Virus record (IMG/VR): IMGVR_UViG_3300020388_000033
Span: 1 to 34,775 of that record
Direction: 5' to 3' (one strand)
DNA from: a virus
Taxonomy: Duplodnaviria; Caudoviricetes
Length of the DNA stretch: 34,775 nucleotides
Shown here: positions 27,201-34,775 of the stretch, piece by piece
Numbering within the stretch: the first letter of the stretch is position 1
Layout: every line of letters starts with the position of its first letter
Notes under the pieces: generated by a model
What the model was told of the DNA's origin: nothing
Databases searched by the model: none
What the model saw: only the letters and a program-made list of their open reading frames with translations
Program-made: the position numbers and the translations under genes

Positions 27201-30200
27201 AGCTTTGGCTAACCAATTCGACGAACTAATGACACGACTAAAGGGAATAGACCTAGAAAAGAATGGTGCAGTTGGAATTGCCGCACAAGAATTGCACGAC
27301 TTACGGGCACTACAAATTAAACTGGAGAAAGCACTATCCGACAACTCACTAATGGTAGGAGGTGATAAAAATACAGCACCTTTACAAGACGTATTAAAAG
27401 AAGTTGCGTCTGTAGTTTATGGAAAGTACGGAGGACAGGGTGGTTCAAAGACACATAAGAGCGGTGCAAAAAGAATCACACTTCTTGATAGTTACAGCAA
27501 AGGCAAGCCAGCAGTAGATAGAACAAAGCCAGAAATAACTCTTCCTAATGGCAAGACCATGCATCCGTTCTACTTTATGAACGCAAGGATAGCTCGTGGA
27601 AGATTGCTGGGAACAAGCAATAAAATTCATAGAACTCTGTACGACGAAAAGGCTATGTCCAGCAGTGCAGAGCTAGAAAAACTTATTGCAGAACAACGTG
27701 CAGACCAAATGTCTACAATCGAAGACGAACAATTAGCTATGATTGATAACGACTTCATGGCTTTGGAGAGAGTTATCGACGAAGACTTTGCGGTATCTGG
27801 ACTACAAGGTTCTGGTTCTCTTGGCTCTACATTTGATGTTGAGGCAAACATTCTAAGGAGTCAGTCTTACCTTAAACCTGATGACGCTAACCTAGAAAAA
27901 CTACTCGTCGGTCAAGCAAACGATATGATTGTTGCACTTGATTCCGCTATTGATGAATACACAAATGTATTCAATCGTAACATGCGACAAGTATCAGGTG
28001 GGGTTAAAGCACCAGCAATTGATAAGGCTGGTAGAATATTCAGTGCTGGAAACAGTGTGGCTAAAAAGTATCAAAAGAAAGCGTACAACAGAAATAATAA
28101 AATAGCTTTGGCTGTTATGAAAGCTATTGATGACACGACAGAAACCTTTGGTGACATGCCACCGATAGTAGATGCTCCTGTTAGGAAGTCTCCTAAAGAC
28201 ATGTCTGACACAGAGATACTAGAGAACATTCATCAAATAGGAACAAGAAGCCCTAATACAAAAGAGCTTAAACAAGAAATATTTATGAGACGTAGGGCTG
28301 AACCAGTAATGAAGCCTTTTGAAGATTTGACTCCTGATGAAAAGGATTTTTATCAGAGCTTACTGAAAGACGTTTCAACATTGCCTAAAGCAGAGCAAGT
28401 CCAAATGCTCAGAGGTAAGGTTGATGAGTTAATCAATCAAGGTAGTTACGACGATGCCAACATGGTTATCGGAATACTTTCTATTCAACCAGGCGTGGTT
28501 CCTGTCAAGCCAAAGGCTTCGTTGTTGGGCAGAGCACTTGACATTGAGTACAGTCAAGGTCGCAAAGCTGATGCTAGTAATGGAGTTCCAGGTGACGCAC
28601 CTCCAGCAATTAAGGAAGTTCTTACAAAGATAACACACAGAGACAAAAACATAGAGCATGGTGCAAGAACTATGCTTTACAGAATGCTTAACTTATTAGG
28701 CAGAACAGCAAGAGACAACCTACAAGACAACACAACCTTCATGTCTGTTGAAGACTTATACAGAATGTCTGGAACAAAAGGCACCGCTGGAACAAAGGCG
28801 GCGTTTACAGAGGTTGGTCCTACTAGAGGTAAAGTCTTTAATGATTTAAGGAAAGACTTACGTCGTTACGCCATTGGGATAAATGAAGGCAAAGCTGACC
28901 CACTTGATATCATGCACGAAGTTGGTCACATGGTTAGCCGTAGTGTGTTCAAAGACCAAGACTATGACAACATGCTTTCAGGGTTCACAGACGCATTGCG
29001 TCAAGGAGACCCTAGTGCGTTAGCAATGCGTGACAAGTATTCAAAACTTCCTCCAGAAGCTGGCTATGATGACAAGAACATAGCAGAAGAATGGTTTGTT
29101 GAAAGCTGGGCACAATGGATGTCAGAGAAAGTCGCAAAAGGTGACTTGTTCAAAGTGAGATATCAAGATGGTGCAGTCACAGACTTAAAGGCAAAGTCAT
29201 ACCTGATGCAACTGGCGAACGACCTCTACGATTACACTGCCTACATACTAAATGGTCTCATGGGCAGAACCAGTATGAAGCAAATGTTCCGTCAGATGAC
29301 GTATCATGGGGACATGTTTACACCAAAGAGACTGAGCAACAGCGTAAAGAACTCCGTTGATACCTTTGATTTCCCATTGGTGAACCTGTCTGTTGCTGAC
29401 AGATACGCAAGAAACGTAATAGACACTATGGCTCCAGAGAAGAAACTTCTTGCTAGAGAGTTTGTAGGTGCTGGTCCAGACGAAGACTTGATGGACTACG
29501 TTGTTTATCATGGAACACCAGCAGTAGATATTTTCAATAGAAACAAAAACCCAGACGTGTACCTACACTCAAGTGATAATGGTGCTTATGGTCCAGGCGT
29601 TTATGTAACTCCTGACTCGTCGTTAGCTGGCGACTTTGGCGGACCAGACGCTATGGGAGTTGGAGGTGCTTCAGTTGCAAGAGCTAGAATAATAACGCAA
29701 ATGAAGGATAAGGCTCTTGTTAAAGAAGCTGAAAACCTAAACGACATGATTACCAATTATGACAACATGATTATGGAAGCTGATTACGATAGGTTTGGCA
29801 TTGATGATTTCATGGACGAGCTTACTGGAGGTTACTTAGATGGAGAGATGGATAAGATTCGTCGTTCAAGAGCGGCGGCTTTAGAAGCCTTTGCAAAAGT
29901 AACTGGATTCAAAACACACCCAGGAATCATGCCTCTTTTTGTTAAGAAAAAGAATGTGATGGATTTTTCTCAAAACAAAATCTATTCGCTTGAAACTGGC
30001 GAGCCTAACGACATGTTACATTTCGTTACAAACTTGCAAATGAATGGTGTCATAACTCCAGAAGCTAGAGTCAGAATGGTTAACAAACTTTCTATGGATG
30101 CTGACTTTGATGGGGAGTTATTTTATTCATACCTATTAGAAGCTATATCTCCTAACGACTTAGACGGAGCAAAGATAGCTTTAGCCAAGCACTTACAGAC

Positions 30201-33114
30201 TGAAGGCTACGATGGAATAAAAGCTGGTGACCCTGAGTTCTCTCAGAATGAACAGTTTGCAATCTTTAGCCCAAACAACGTAAAGCACATTGATGCAGAA
30301 ACTTTCGACAGCGACAGACGTGGCATCTACTACAGCGTATTAGGCTCTGAGTTCTCAGAGGGTTTAGGCGGAGCCGCACTTACTCATATGGTTCAGAGGG
30401 ATAGAGGCTTAGACATCGACGACATGATAGGTGTGTCACGAGCATTGCAAGAAGCTGGCACCCCAGACATGGCGAAGCCAATGAAGAAGATGCTTAGAGG
30501 AGAAGAGATAACTCCAGATGATGCTAATGCAGTTCAAAGAAACTCGTCTGTATTAAATTACTTTAGAGAGAATAGTCAAAGGTTGAGATTGTCTGGTGCT
30601 AACTGGCTTGCAGACTTTGTAAAGCCAACCAATGGCACTGGCTTGTACGAAAGGCATGACATTGATTTAGCAGATAAGATTATGCCTATCTTCAACATAC
30701 TAAAAACAATGCCTGACAACGATAACTGGGCAAAAAGGTGGGGAAGAAAGAACGCTTATCTAATACCAAACATAGGCAAACTTAGCACATTAAGAGATGC
30801 CGCCGCACAGCCCGCATCTCACAGGCGAATACTAAATGCCATTCGTCGTGGAGAGTTTGAAGTCAGAAAGCTGGAGCCAAGAGAGCAACAGGCGGCACGA
30901 CTAATCATTCAGACATTTGAAGCTGAAAGGCAGAACCTGTTAAAGCAAGGGTTGCCAGTTGGTGACACAAGGAAAACACAGAATGAATTTTATGTTCCAC
31001 AACAGTGGGACACAGAAGGTATTAGGCAAAATCCTAAAGCGGCAATGGAAGCATTCACTAGGTTCTTTACAGAAGAACGTAAGCGTCCAGACTTTGAGGC
31101 AACAGGAAACTTAAAGAATCCACGTCAAGTTGCAGAAGACTTAGTCAATGCGATGATGGATACAAGTGGTGAGGTTTATGGAGACGACGTAATACGACGA
31201 GCAGTTGGAGACCCATTCTTCTCCAGGTTAATTAAACTAGACCCTGACCAGTACGACTACATGACAGACTTCTTGGTCAACGACTTAGAGGGTCTGGTCA
31301 CACAATACTTTGACAGAACAACTAGAAAGATAGCTATATCAGACAAGTTGGGAACAGGTGGTCATGGCTATGCTTCTTACATAACTGTGGCAGAGCGTGG
31401 TCTTGAGGGTGCAAAAGACGCACTGATGAACTCAGCCAAAAGACGTTACAAGTTTAGACAGTATCAGTCTGAGGTAGACATTGAGCAACAGGTCGTTGCA
31501 AGGGCTACTGCTACTGAAATTGAAGTTGATAATGCTTTGGATAAAGTAAAGATTCTTCTTGGCGAAGGTCCAAAGCAAATGCCTAACAACAAACAGTCCA
31601 TAAAAAATATCTTAATGAACTTGTATGACCCAGAAGATATGGGCAATCCACAAGTCAAGATTAGGGTTGACTCTATAGCTAATGCGTTGGTGGACTTTAA
31701 TAACACAAAGCCTAGTGCAACCACTCTAAGCCTTGCTGACAATATGATAGACGTAATCAACAAGCGTCCAATCACAAAGTATTCTGGCAACGAGTTATCT
31801 TACAAGGTTTCACGAAACGTGAAAGCGTTTAACGCAATCAGTCTGCTGGGCTTCACAACCCTTACGTCGTTGGGCGACGTAGTCTTACCATTGATACGTT
31901 CAGGTAACATGGGAGCGTTTGTAAAAGCACAAGCCAAGTACATGACTGACCCAACATATAGACAAGCCGCAAAGAATATTGGGCTTAGTGTTGAGAACTT
32001 GATGCACGACAGAATGGTTCAGATGGCTGGCGAAGGTTCGCAGAAGTTACAAAACAGCTTCTTCAACTTTACGTTGCTAACTCCTTGGACAAACATGCAA
32101 CGAGAAATCGCTGGTATTCATGGCTTTGAAGCATTCAAAGCTGAGATAGCCAGAGCAAGAAGGTTCCAGCAACAAGGTCAAATCACTTCAAGTGGATACA
32201 AGACTGCTGTCAGGTTCCTTGAAAGGTACGGACTAACTGGAGATAACGCTACTACAGACTTCTTGGCTGATGGTGCACCAAACTTAAATGACATTCGTGA
32301 CACTGATGTTCTTTCAAACAAGGCATTACGTTATGGGTTGCTTAGATTTACTAACGAAGCAATCTTTACACCTAATCCAAATGACATTCCAATGTGGGCA
32401 CAAACTCCATTTGGTTCCATGTTCTTCCAGCTAAAATCATTCCAGTTGATGATGGCTAGAATGAGTAAGTACATCATTGATGAGGCTAAACAAAACAACA
32501 TTAAGCCAGCAATGTACATGCTTACGGCTGGTATCGGTGCTGGTTTTGTGGCTAACGTTTCAAAAGACTTTGCACAATCAAGAGGCGGTGAAGAAGGTGA
32601 GTCTCGTGCATTAAGAGAGAGAAGTCTCCGTGAGTCAAATCCTCTGGGAATAGGTTATCTTGCTGGCACACTTGGATTAGAAGAGGACAGCACCACAGAC
32701 GAAGTTCTTGGTAACTACTTTGAAGGTCTGCTTTCAATTGGAGGTCTGGGATTATTTGGTGAGCTTATGTATAACACCGCATCTCAAGCTGACAACGGAG
32801 CATACGGAAAAGTTAGAGTTGCTTCTGCAATATTTGGTCCTTCAGTTGGACTGGGAGAAGACATCTTTGATGTTGGAATAGCTGGACCGATGGGACTGTT
32901 CGACGACGAAGGAAAGAATGCAAGACGCAGAGAAGCTGTGCGTTCTGTAATCGGAAGGGTTCCAATCGCTGGAGGAATAAGAGGATTCAAAGAAAACGCT
33001 GTTGATTATATAGCTGGAGAAGCTGGAGATAGTGGAAAACGAAGCAGTCCAAAATCATTTAGTGCAAACAAAAAAGGTTTTGGTGGCAGTGGCTTCGGTA
33101 AGGGAGGATTCTAA
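21280..33114 (+). CDS. Giant polyvalent internal virion protein (3944 aa): two HExxH metallopeptidase modules, ADP-ribosyltransferase-like module, gp16-like C-terminus
   Basis: HEMGH (26827-26841) with downstream EFFA; HEVGH (28915-28929) with EEWF; YHGT...GAYGPGVY.T...GYDGI...E.F..F.PNNVK (about 29506-30285); C-terminal F.NEAIF.P...P.W...P.G..FFQLKSF; N-terminal Gly/Ala hydrophobic segments. Confidence 0.8.
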   Translation: MGRFYNPGSGQGQISGAESSYQQSDYSESLNTDDAESLLDDNRFIQDIYDYYGERDGTSFGGQKEAVEHFLNDRRWRNFNTVAIGKDVYDAHNQSAVQSQRLARIQKVYDALPNFTGGVGSTLADVALPLLLDPLNLVGFGSGGAAARAAVAGAKGLTKNQLLTKGLKAGAYGGAKGEAVAGGIAEGIADIGIQNRNIEIGLQDEFSYMQLAGSTAFGAATGGAMGAGMGAVGAVAPVRNLGVGKLNFDDSAIAGDQGGMLNKAGGFQATKEDMTGENLQKIADSMGISIEEAQKLTRSSIGRGQIDAAIRDSDSLLDALRPQASARIDAGAGANGGEETVPWGENLDDNQVIDELVKGYEQEISSRGEFLNPTEGQRAEGLDVVGASEQNRVNLDTDPDIINARKNIAQLKWVQEWHKSIKPNLLRKKEELLKGLTPEELASNEPPQSIRDIDTLIADGNEKHRRISKFGRDLVQKGAVDPSRELDDYISTVVDDQLLLEGPNTPQQIVNQNAGQQLLPDNSPDTANVNAEIGRTVQGEGFETEVAGGTVTRDDGTKIAEGAAVEPITDEAGIASDGDARVEGTRAQKEQRVGELKQRLSRRKGSLEHDKRFAKQELAKAITPEEIDAANKKIADLDNERRDAKVELSELEGQLEETLDTANPEVQAKLTEAADEVANEIDAEIDLEVDAELTEFRERFLSADQMLEAALVNFKATKANTRTLLTTLGYDASKVKEIQANMPKGNTTDARTGRLMVLKNIIEAHQGREAFNGMLRIAMKGGDTIPVHLLDDAIVDALIVNTVPERLQPHAFQHFHDWKQSQMDGIIATVHFEVEGLSNTQELKSAVRSLFGNTKLVEDIDAYIDSGLDRKLQNANPNKFDGKGYVDEQLARLQKQNPNLANAWNDFQKKTLANFLKGNKNISEARAKQLFDGVVEEMWDKFSRTETFKRVSNHGQTYSVKGLTTKTMNDVSVDETQITGGDYMGRSINRLGNYTSGNGKQGSGRDITNKDVGKIQSILRSTRPDQDYFDSSTFDTVTTTVDGVKRIYTGGAAARILDNQKLLESSKSQAMVNDGIKRQRSINLAEKRKGTEGYRTYQDVIEVEGAIKKIKSAKQKIARLTKDEASLDEELGIVPENDPRRAKLETRFEKALADLQSGRQAIQAMLNEKDAVGVKNLRNAAAKTRYVKIEDLDDASLLEEAREMLVPLTKSTRQEVNANVVEERRTSVMSQMADLKAERIPLLKEKGKLVNAGGPPSQNLLDITLRLNAIRAELVKLEKKLTPAELKRIQNDDYTVARNTLANIKREARIANQKDNKPLELNDEELLDAVEETTGQRPKMDDVAQIEEQIMNMGLSENQMNSQLASLKQFVMDNNVTEADAKAAAKEIVQNTNRTPSKPTTKPSGVKRNPTIVQIGEKAYDLSNDIQWKSIGKNKAEVNINGKKLGTVEHNGATDSFSATIIKQDGSLITTAVAKSKKDMNLAIAQMFRKELDEIVETKDIPLEGVVADGPMNVTDWHQTNRYRGKKDSPKVTDTEDYIADASPENMSQQDPAMDIVPSEFDLPEEQMLTIQIIDPKHPKYGETRNFYQGDDQTVGQVAGTLKPEQYVVGQSLRINPKTGQINKNSNMLSKKTFRPLNSEDMFVNVSGTMLKGKDVGVVTDAGNSLGLSPRARVNKPLNVAELDNMPLTQESLSPKMKAKRIQNGDIRTVGDLRRFADEMENIEWSQLKTVAHFDFVVSNLEGAYETLNKLAPSGIKLPNETRVKSYNNLKKIITSRSEADVAQMLSLFNNIAGSQNRLQAPTDSMMPKFEKFKKYAFHRNTGDAQSNTVFMKADATGPNDIPDAVFFTHEMGHWAYANMLTDAEKLQFWGVARKYMTQNDGMDTGMLKKKLPGFMSNEIESPAEFFANQFTIYAMNRTPGATQSLFEKVAGKIKQLIGKVLKMEEPLDPDLIPLFEKIMPDPQKATGTVTEGRALANQFDELMTRLKGIDLEKNGAVGIAAQELHDLRALQIKLEKALSDNSLMVGGDKNTAPLQDVLKEVASVVYGKYGGQGGSKTHKSGAKRITLLDSYSKGKPAVDRTKPEITLPNGKTMHPFYFMNARIARGRLLGTSNKIHRTLYDEKAMSSSAELEKLIAEQRADQMSTIEDEQLAMIDNDFMALERVIDEDFAVSGLQGSGSLGSTFDVEANILRSQSYLKPDDANLEKLLVGQANDMIVALDSAIDEYTNVFNRNMRQVSGGVKAPAIDKAGRIFSAGNSVAKKYQKKAYNRNNKIALAVMKAIDDTTETFGDMPPIVDAPVRKSPKDMSDTEILENIHQIGTRSPNTKELKQEIFMRRRAEPVMKPFEDLTPDEKDFYQSLLKDVSTLPKAEQVQMLRGKVDELINQGSYDDANMVIGILSIQPGVVPVKPKASLLGRALDIEYSQGRKADASNGVPGDAPPAIKEVLTKITHRDKNIEHGARTMLYRMLNLLGRTARDNLQDNTTFMSVEDLYRMSGTKGTAGTKAAFTEVGPTRGKVFNDLRKDLRRYAIGINEGKADPLDIMHEVGHMVSRSVFKDQDYDNMLSGFTDALRQGDPSALAMRDKYSKLPPEAGYDDKNIAEEWFVESWAQWMSEKVAKGDLFKVRYQDGAVTDLKAKSYLMQLANDLYDYTAYILNGLMGRTSMKQMFRQMTYHGDMFTPKRLSNSVKNSVDTFDFPLVNLSVADRYARNVIDTMAPEKKLLAREFVGAGPDEDLMDYVVYHGTPAVDIFNRNKNPDVYLHSSDNGAYGPGVYVTPDSSLAGDFGGPDAMGVGGASVARARIITQMKDKALVKEAENLNDMITNYDNMIMEADYDRFGIDDFMDELTGGYLDGEMDKIRRSRAAALEAFAKVTGFKTHPGIMPLFVKKKNVMDFSQNKIYSLETGEPNDMLHFVTNLQMNGVITPEARVRMVNKLSMDADFDGELFYSYLLEAISPNDLDGAKIALAKHLQTEGYDGIKAGDPEFSQNEQFAIFSPNNVKHIDAETFDSDRRGIYYSVLGSEFSEGLGGAALTHMVQRDRGLDIDDMIGVSRALQEAGTPDMAKPMKKMLRGEEITPDDANAVQRNSSVLNYFRENSQRLRLSGANWLADFVKPTNGTGLYERHDIDLADKIMPIFNILKTMPDNDNWAKRWGRKNAYLIPNIGKLSTLRDAAAQPASHRRILNAIRRGEFEVRKLEPREQQAARLIIQTFEAERQNLLKQGLPVGDTRKTQNEFYVPQQWDTEGIRQNPKAAMEAFTRFFTEERKRPDFEATGNLKNPRQVAEDLVNAMMDTSGEVYGDDVIRRAVGDPFFSRLIKLDPDQYDYMTDFLVNDLEGLVTQYFDRTTRKIAISDKLGTGGHGYASYITVAERGLEGAKDALMNSAKRRYKFRQYQSEVDIEQQVVARATATEIEVDNALDKVKILLGEGPKQMPNNKQSIKNILMNLYDPEDMGNPQVKIRVDSIANALVDFNNTKPSATTLSLADNMIDVINKRPITKYSGNELSYKVSRNVKAFNAISLLGFTTLTSLGDVVLPLIRSGNMGAFVKAQAKYMTDPTYRQAAKNIGLSVENLMHDRMVQMAGEGSQKLQNSFFNFTLLTPWTNMQREIAGIHGFEAFKAEIARARRFQQQGQITSSGYKTAVRFLERYGLTGDNATTDFLADGAPNLNDIRDTDVLSNKALRYGLLRFTNEAIFTPNPNDIPMWAQTPFGSMFFQLKSFQLMMARMSKYIIDEAKQNNIKPAMYMLTAGIGAGFVANVSKDFAQSRGGEEGESRALRERSLRESNPLGIGYLAGTLGLEEDSTTDEVLGNYFEGLLSIGGLGLFGELMYNTASQADNGAYGKVRVASAIFGPSVGLGEDIFDVGIAGPMGLFDDEGKNARRREAVRSVIGRVPIAGGIRGFKENAVDYIAGEAGDSGKRSSPKSFSANKKGFGGSGFGKGGF

Positions 33115-33503
33115 TGCTACAATTTTTAGGACCAATAGCAAGTCTAGCCAGTACATGGATGGAAGGCAAAGTTGAAAAGACTAAGGCAGATGGACAAGCC
33201 AAAGTAGCAGAGGCTAGAGCACGAGCAACAGTTGCAGAAAAGGTTGCGGCTGGAGAAGTCGAGTGGGAAAGCAAGATGGCTAACTCAACTGACGGCTCGT
33301 GGAAAGACGAATTTGCTCTCGTCGTACTGCTAACACCAGCAATACTAGTCTTCATTCCTGGGATGACAGAGTATGTAAGAAATGGTTTTGAGGTATTGAA
33401 TACACTTCCTGAGTGGTATCAGTATCTTTTATTCATTGCAATCTCTGCGTCGTTTGGAATCAAAGGTGTTAACCAAGCCGCTAAAATGATGAGACGAAAG
33501 TAA
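33114..33503 (+). CDS. Holin (3TM/GTA-holin-like)
   Basis: SWKDEF motif followed by two hydrophobic helices (FALVVLLTPAILVFI; WYQYLLFIAISASFGI) and a basic C-terminus; upstream of the endolysin. Confidence 0.7.
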   Translation: MLQFLGPIASLASTWMEGKVEKTKADGQAKVAEARARATVAEKVAAGEVEWESKMANSTDGSWKDEFALVVLLTPAILVFIPGMTEYVRNGFEVLNTLPEWYQYLLFIAISASFGIKGVNQAAKMMRRK

Positions 33504-33826
33504 TGGCACAGAAAAAATTACAACAAAAATCAATATATGCTGAGTACGACGAAGACGGAGATGGCATTGTTTCAGACGCTGAGTTAGCACATGCGGCGGA
33601 AATTAAAAGTCTTGAACACGACTTACGCAAACAAAGAGCACAACGACGTATGGCTACTGCCTGTCTCATTGCTATGGGTGCTTTTACTACCGCTATGTTT
33701 TTGGTTCCTGTTGATAGAGTCAATGCCCTTGCTGATATTTCCAATCTTTTTTATCTTACTGGCGGTGGCGTCGTCTCTGTTTATATGGGTGCGTCGGCGA
33801 TAATGAATAAGAATGGAGGTAAATAA
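33503..33826 (+). CDS. Two-TM membrane protein with N-terminal EF-hand-like loop (lysis cassette)
   Basis: DEDGDGIVSDAE loop and two hydrophobic segments; TAATG-coupled on both sides. Confidence 0.7.
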   Translation: MAQKKLQQKSIYAEYDEDGDGIVSDAELAHAAEIKSLEHDLRKQRAQRRMATACLIAMGAFTTAMFLVPVDRVNALADISNLFYLTGGGVVSVYMGASAIMNKNGGK

Positions 33827-34284
33827 TGGATTTTGAATTATCATCAAGAAGTCTTGGCAGACTAGAAGGTGTGGAAGAACCTTTAGTTCAGGTTGTGAAA
33901 CAGGCGATAATGACTACGTCGGTAGACTTCGGAGTAATCTGCGGACTACGAACAGTAGAAGAACAACAAGCACTGTTTGACAAAGGTGCTTCTCAAACTA
34001 TGAAGTCAAAGCATCTTGAGGGAAAAGCTGTAGACTTGATGGCGTATCTGGATGGTCGTGGAACATGGGAGTTAAATGTCTACGACGAAGTAGCTGATGC
34101 TATGAAGTATGCCGCCAGGGAACTCGGAGTAAAGATTCGTTGGGGAGCGGCTTGGTCGGTTCATAGTCTTGGAGACTACGACGGAACAAGTGAAGCCGCC
34201 ATGTTAGAATATATTGATTTGCGAAGGTCACAAGATAAGAGACCATTTATCGACGCTCCGCATTTTGAATTGATGGATTCATAA
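33826..34284 (+). CDS. Endolysin, peptidase M15 family (L-Ala-D-Glu peptidase-like)
   Basis: GLRT.EEQ, SKH..G.AVD and D.PHFEL zinc-peptidase motifs; GGAGG RBS. Confidence 0.9.
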   Translation: MDFELSSRSLGRLEGVEEPLVQVVKQAIMTTSVDFGVICGLRTVEEQQALFDKGASQTMKSKHLEGKAVDLMAYLDGRGTWELNVYDEVADAMKYAARELGVKIRWGAAWSVHSLGDYDGTSEAAMLEYIDLRRSQDKRPFIDAPHFELMDS

Positions 34285-34285
34285 T

Positions 34286-34438
34286 ATGGCAGAAGCAATA
34301 CTAAAGGTAGTCAAGAGAGGAACTAGGTCTACTGGAAATGTGAGCAAGAAAGCTCGTCCTACTAACTATGCGAAGGGTGGTCGCAAGGGGAATATGATGG
34401 TTAAGCCATGCCCCTGTGTACTTAAAAAGAAGAAATGA
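34286..34438 (+). CDS. Small basic protein MAEAILKVVKRGTRSTGNVSKKARPTNYAKGGRKGNMMVKPCPCVLKKKK (50 aa)
   Basis: Hand-translated. It fills the gap between the endolysin stop (34284) and the next ATG (34439). Confidence 0.6.
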   Translation: MAEAILKVVKRGTRSTGNVSKKARPTNYAKGGRKGNMMVKPCPCVLKKKK

Positions 34439-34775
34439 ATGGAACCAATCACAATAGCAGTAGGAGCATTTACCGCCCTTAAAGCTGGCATCAACGCTGG
34501 CAAAGAAATACATTCTATGGGTAAGGACCTCGCCAAGATGTGGCAAGCCATAGATGATATTGATGCAGAGCATCACAAAGCAAAATCAAAATCATTTAAA
34601 ACAGTTGAAGAAGAAGCTATGGATACCTTCTTGGCTAAGACAAAAGCCAGAGATATGGAAGACCAGCTTCGTCAAATCATAATACTTACAAGAGGGGTCA
34701 ACGCTTGGGCTGAACTCGTTAAGATGAGGACAGACATAAGGGTAAAGCGTAAAGAAGAAAGAGAGAAAAGAGAAA
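34439..34775 (+). CDS. Hypothetical protein, 3'-truncated (MEPITIAVGAFTALKAGINAGKEIHSMGKDL...)
   Basis: Open frame from ATG 34439 to the window end, with a coiled-coil-like C-terminal part. Confidence 0.75.
   Translation, partial: MEPITIAVGAFTALKAGINAGKEIHSMGKDLAKMWQAIDDIDAEHHKAKSKSFKTVEEEAMDTFLAKTKARDMEDQLRQIIILTRGVNAWAELVKMRTDIRVKRKEEREKRE

Noticed and set aside
30097-30117. DADFDGE in the giant protein resembles the NADFDGD catalytic motif of two-barrel RNA polymerases, suggesting a virion RNAP
   Set aside because: The third Asp is Glu, the motif sits inside the ART-like module, and I found no other double-psi-barrel or N4/T7-type RNAP motifs. Large size alone is not evidence.
20-34576. 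Numerous minus-strand ORFs of 60-165 aa
   Set aside because: They are antisense shadows of long + strand genes, with no RBS or recognisable motifs. The + strand is already fully tiled.

Overview
This window is the late (morphogenesis and lysis) region of a tailed dsDNA phage with podovirus-type architecture. All credible genes are on the + strand, tightly packed and mostly coupled by TAATG/ATGA overlaps. The order is: 5'-truncated portal, a fibre cassette (adaptor plus an 880-aa cupredoxin-like/RCC1-repeat protein), five tiny Lys-rich ORFs (three absent from the ORF track), scaffold, major capsid protein, head-tail adaptor, tail nozzle, tail fibre, a GNAT-fold gene inside a set of internal (ejection) virion proteins, a 3944-aa polyvalent ejection protein (two HExxH metallopeptidase modules and an ADP-ribosyltransferase-like module), holin, an EF-hand membrane protein and an M15 endolysin. 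The gene families resemble those of marine phages; an alphaproteobacterial host is only a low-confidence inference. The most striking unexplained signals are: (1) four exact CGCTACGGCT copies confined to the scaffold and capsid leaders, three forming covarying cUACGg hairpins; (2) a GGACGAY-N18-20-TAAnAT promoter-like motif nested in hairpins, one of which occludes the giant gene's RBS; (3) Met-Gly (MGxxxS/T) N-termini only downstream of the GNAT gene, and shared basic-GFG C-termini in the ejection proteins; (4) an overprinted ORF ending in an AT-hook; (5) apparent avoidance of several restriction-type sites. All family names come from motif recognition by eye, not from database searches.
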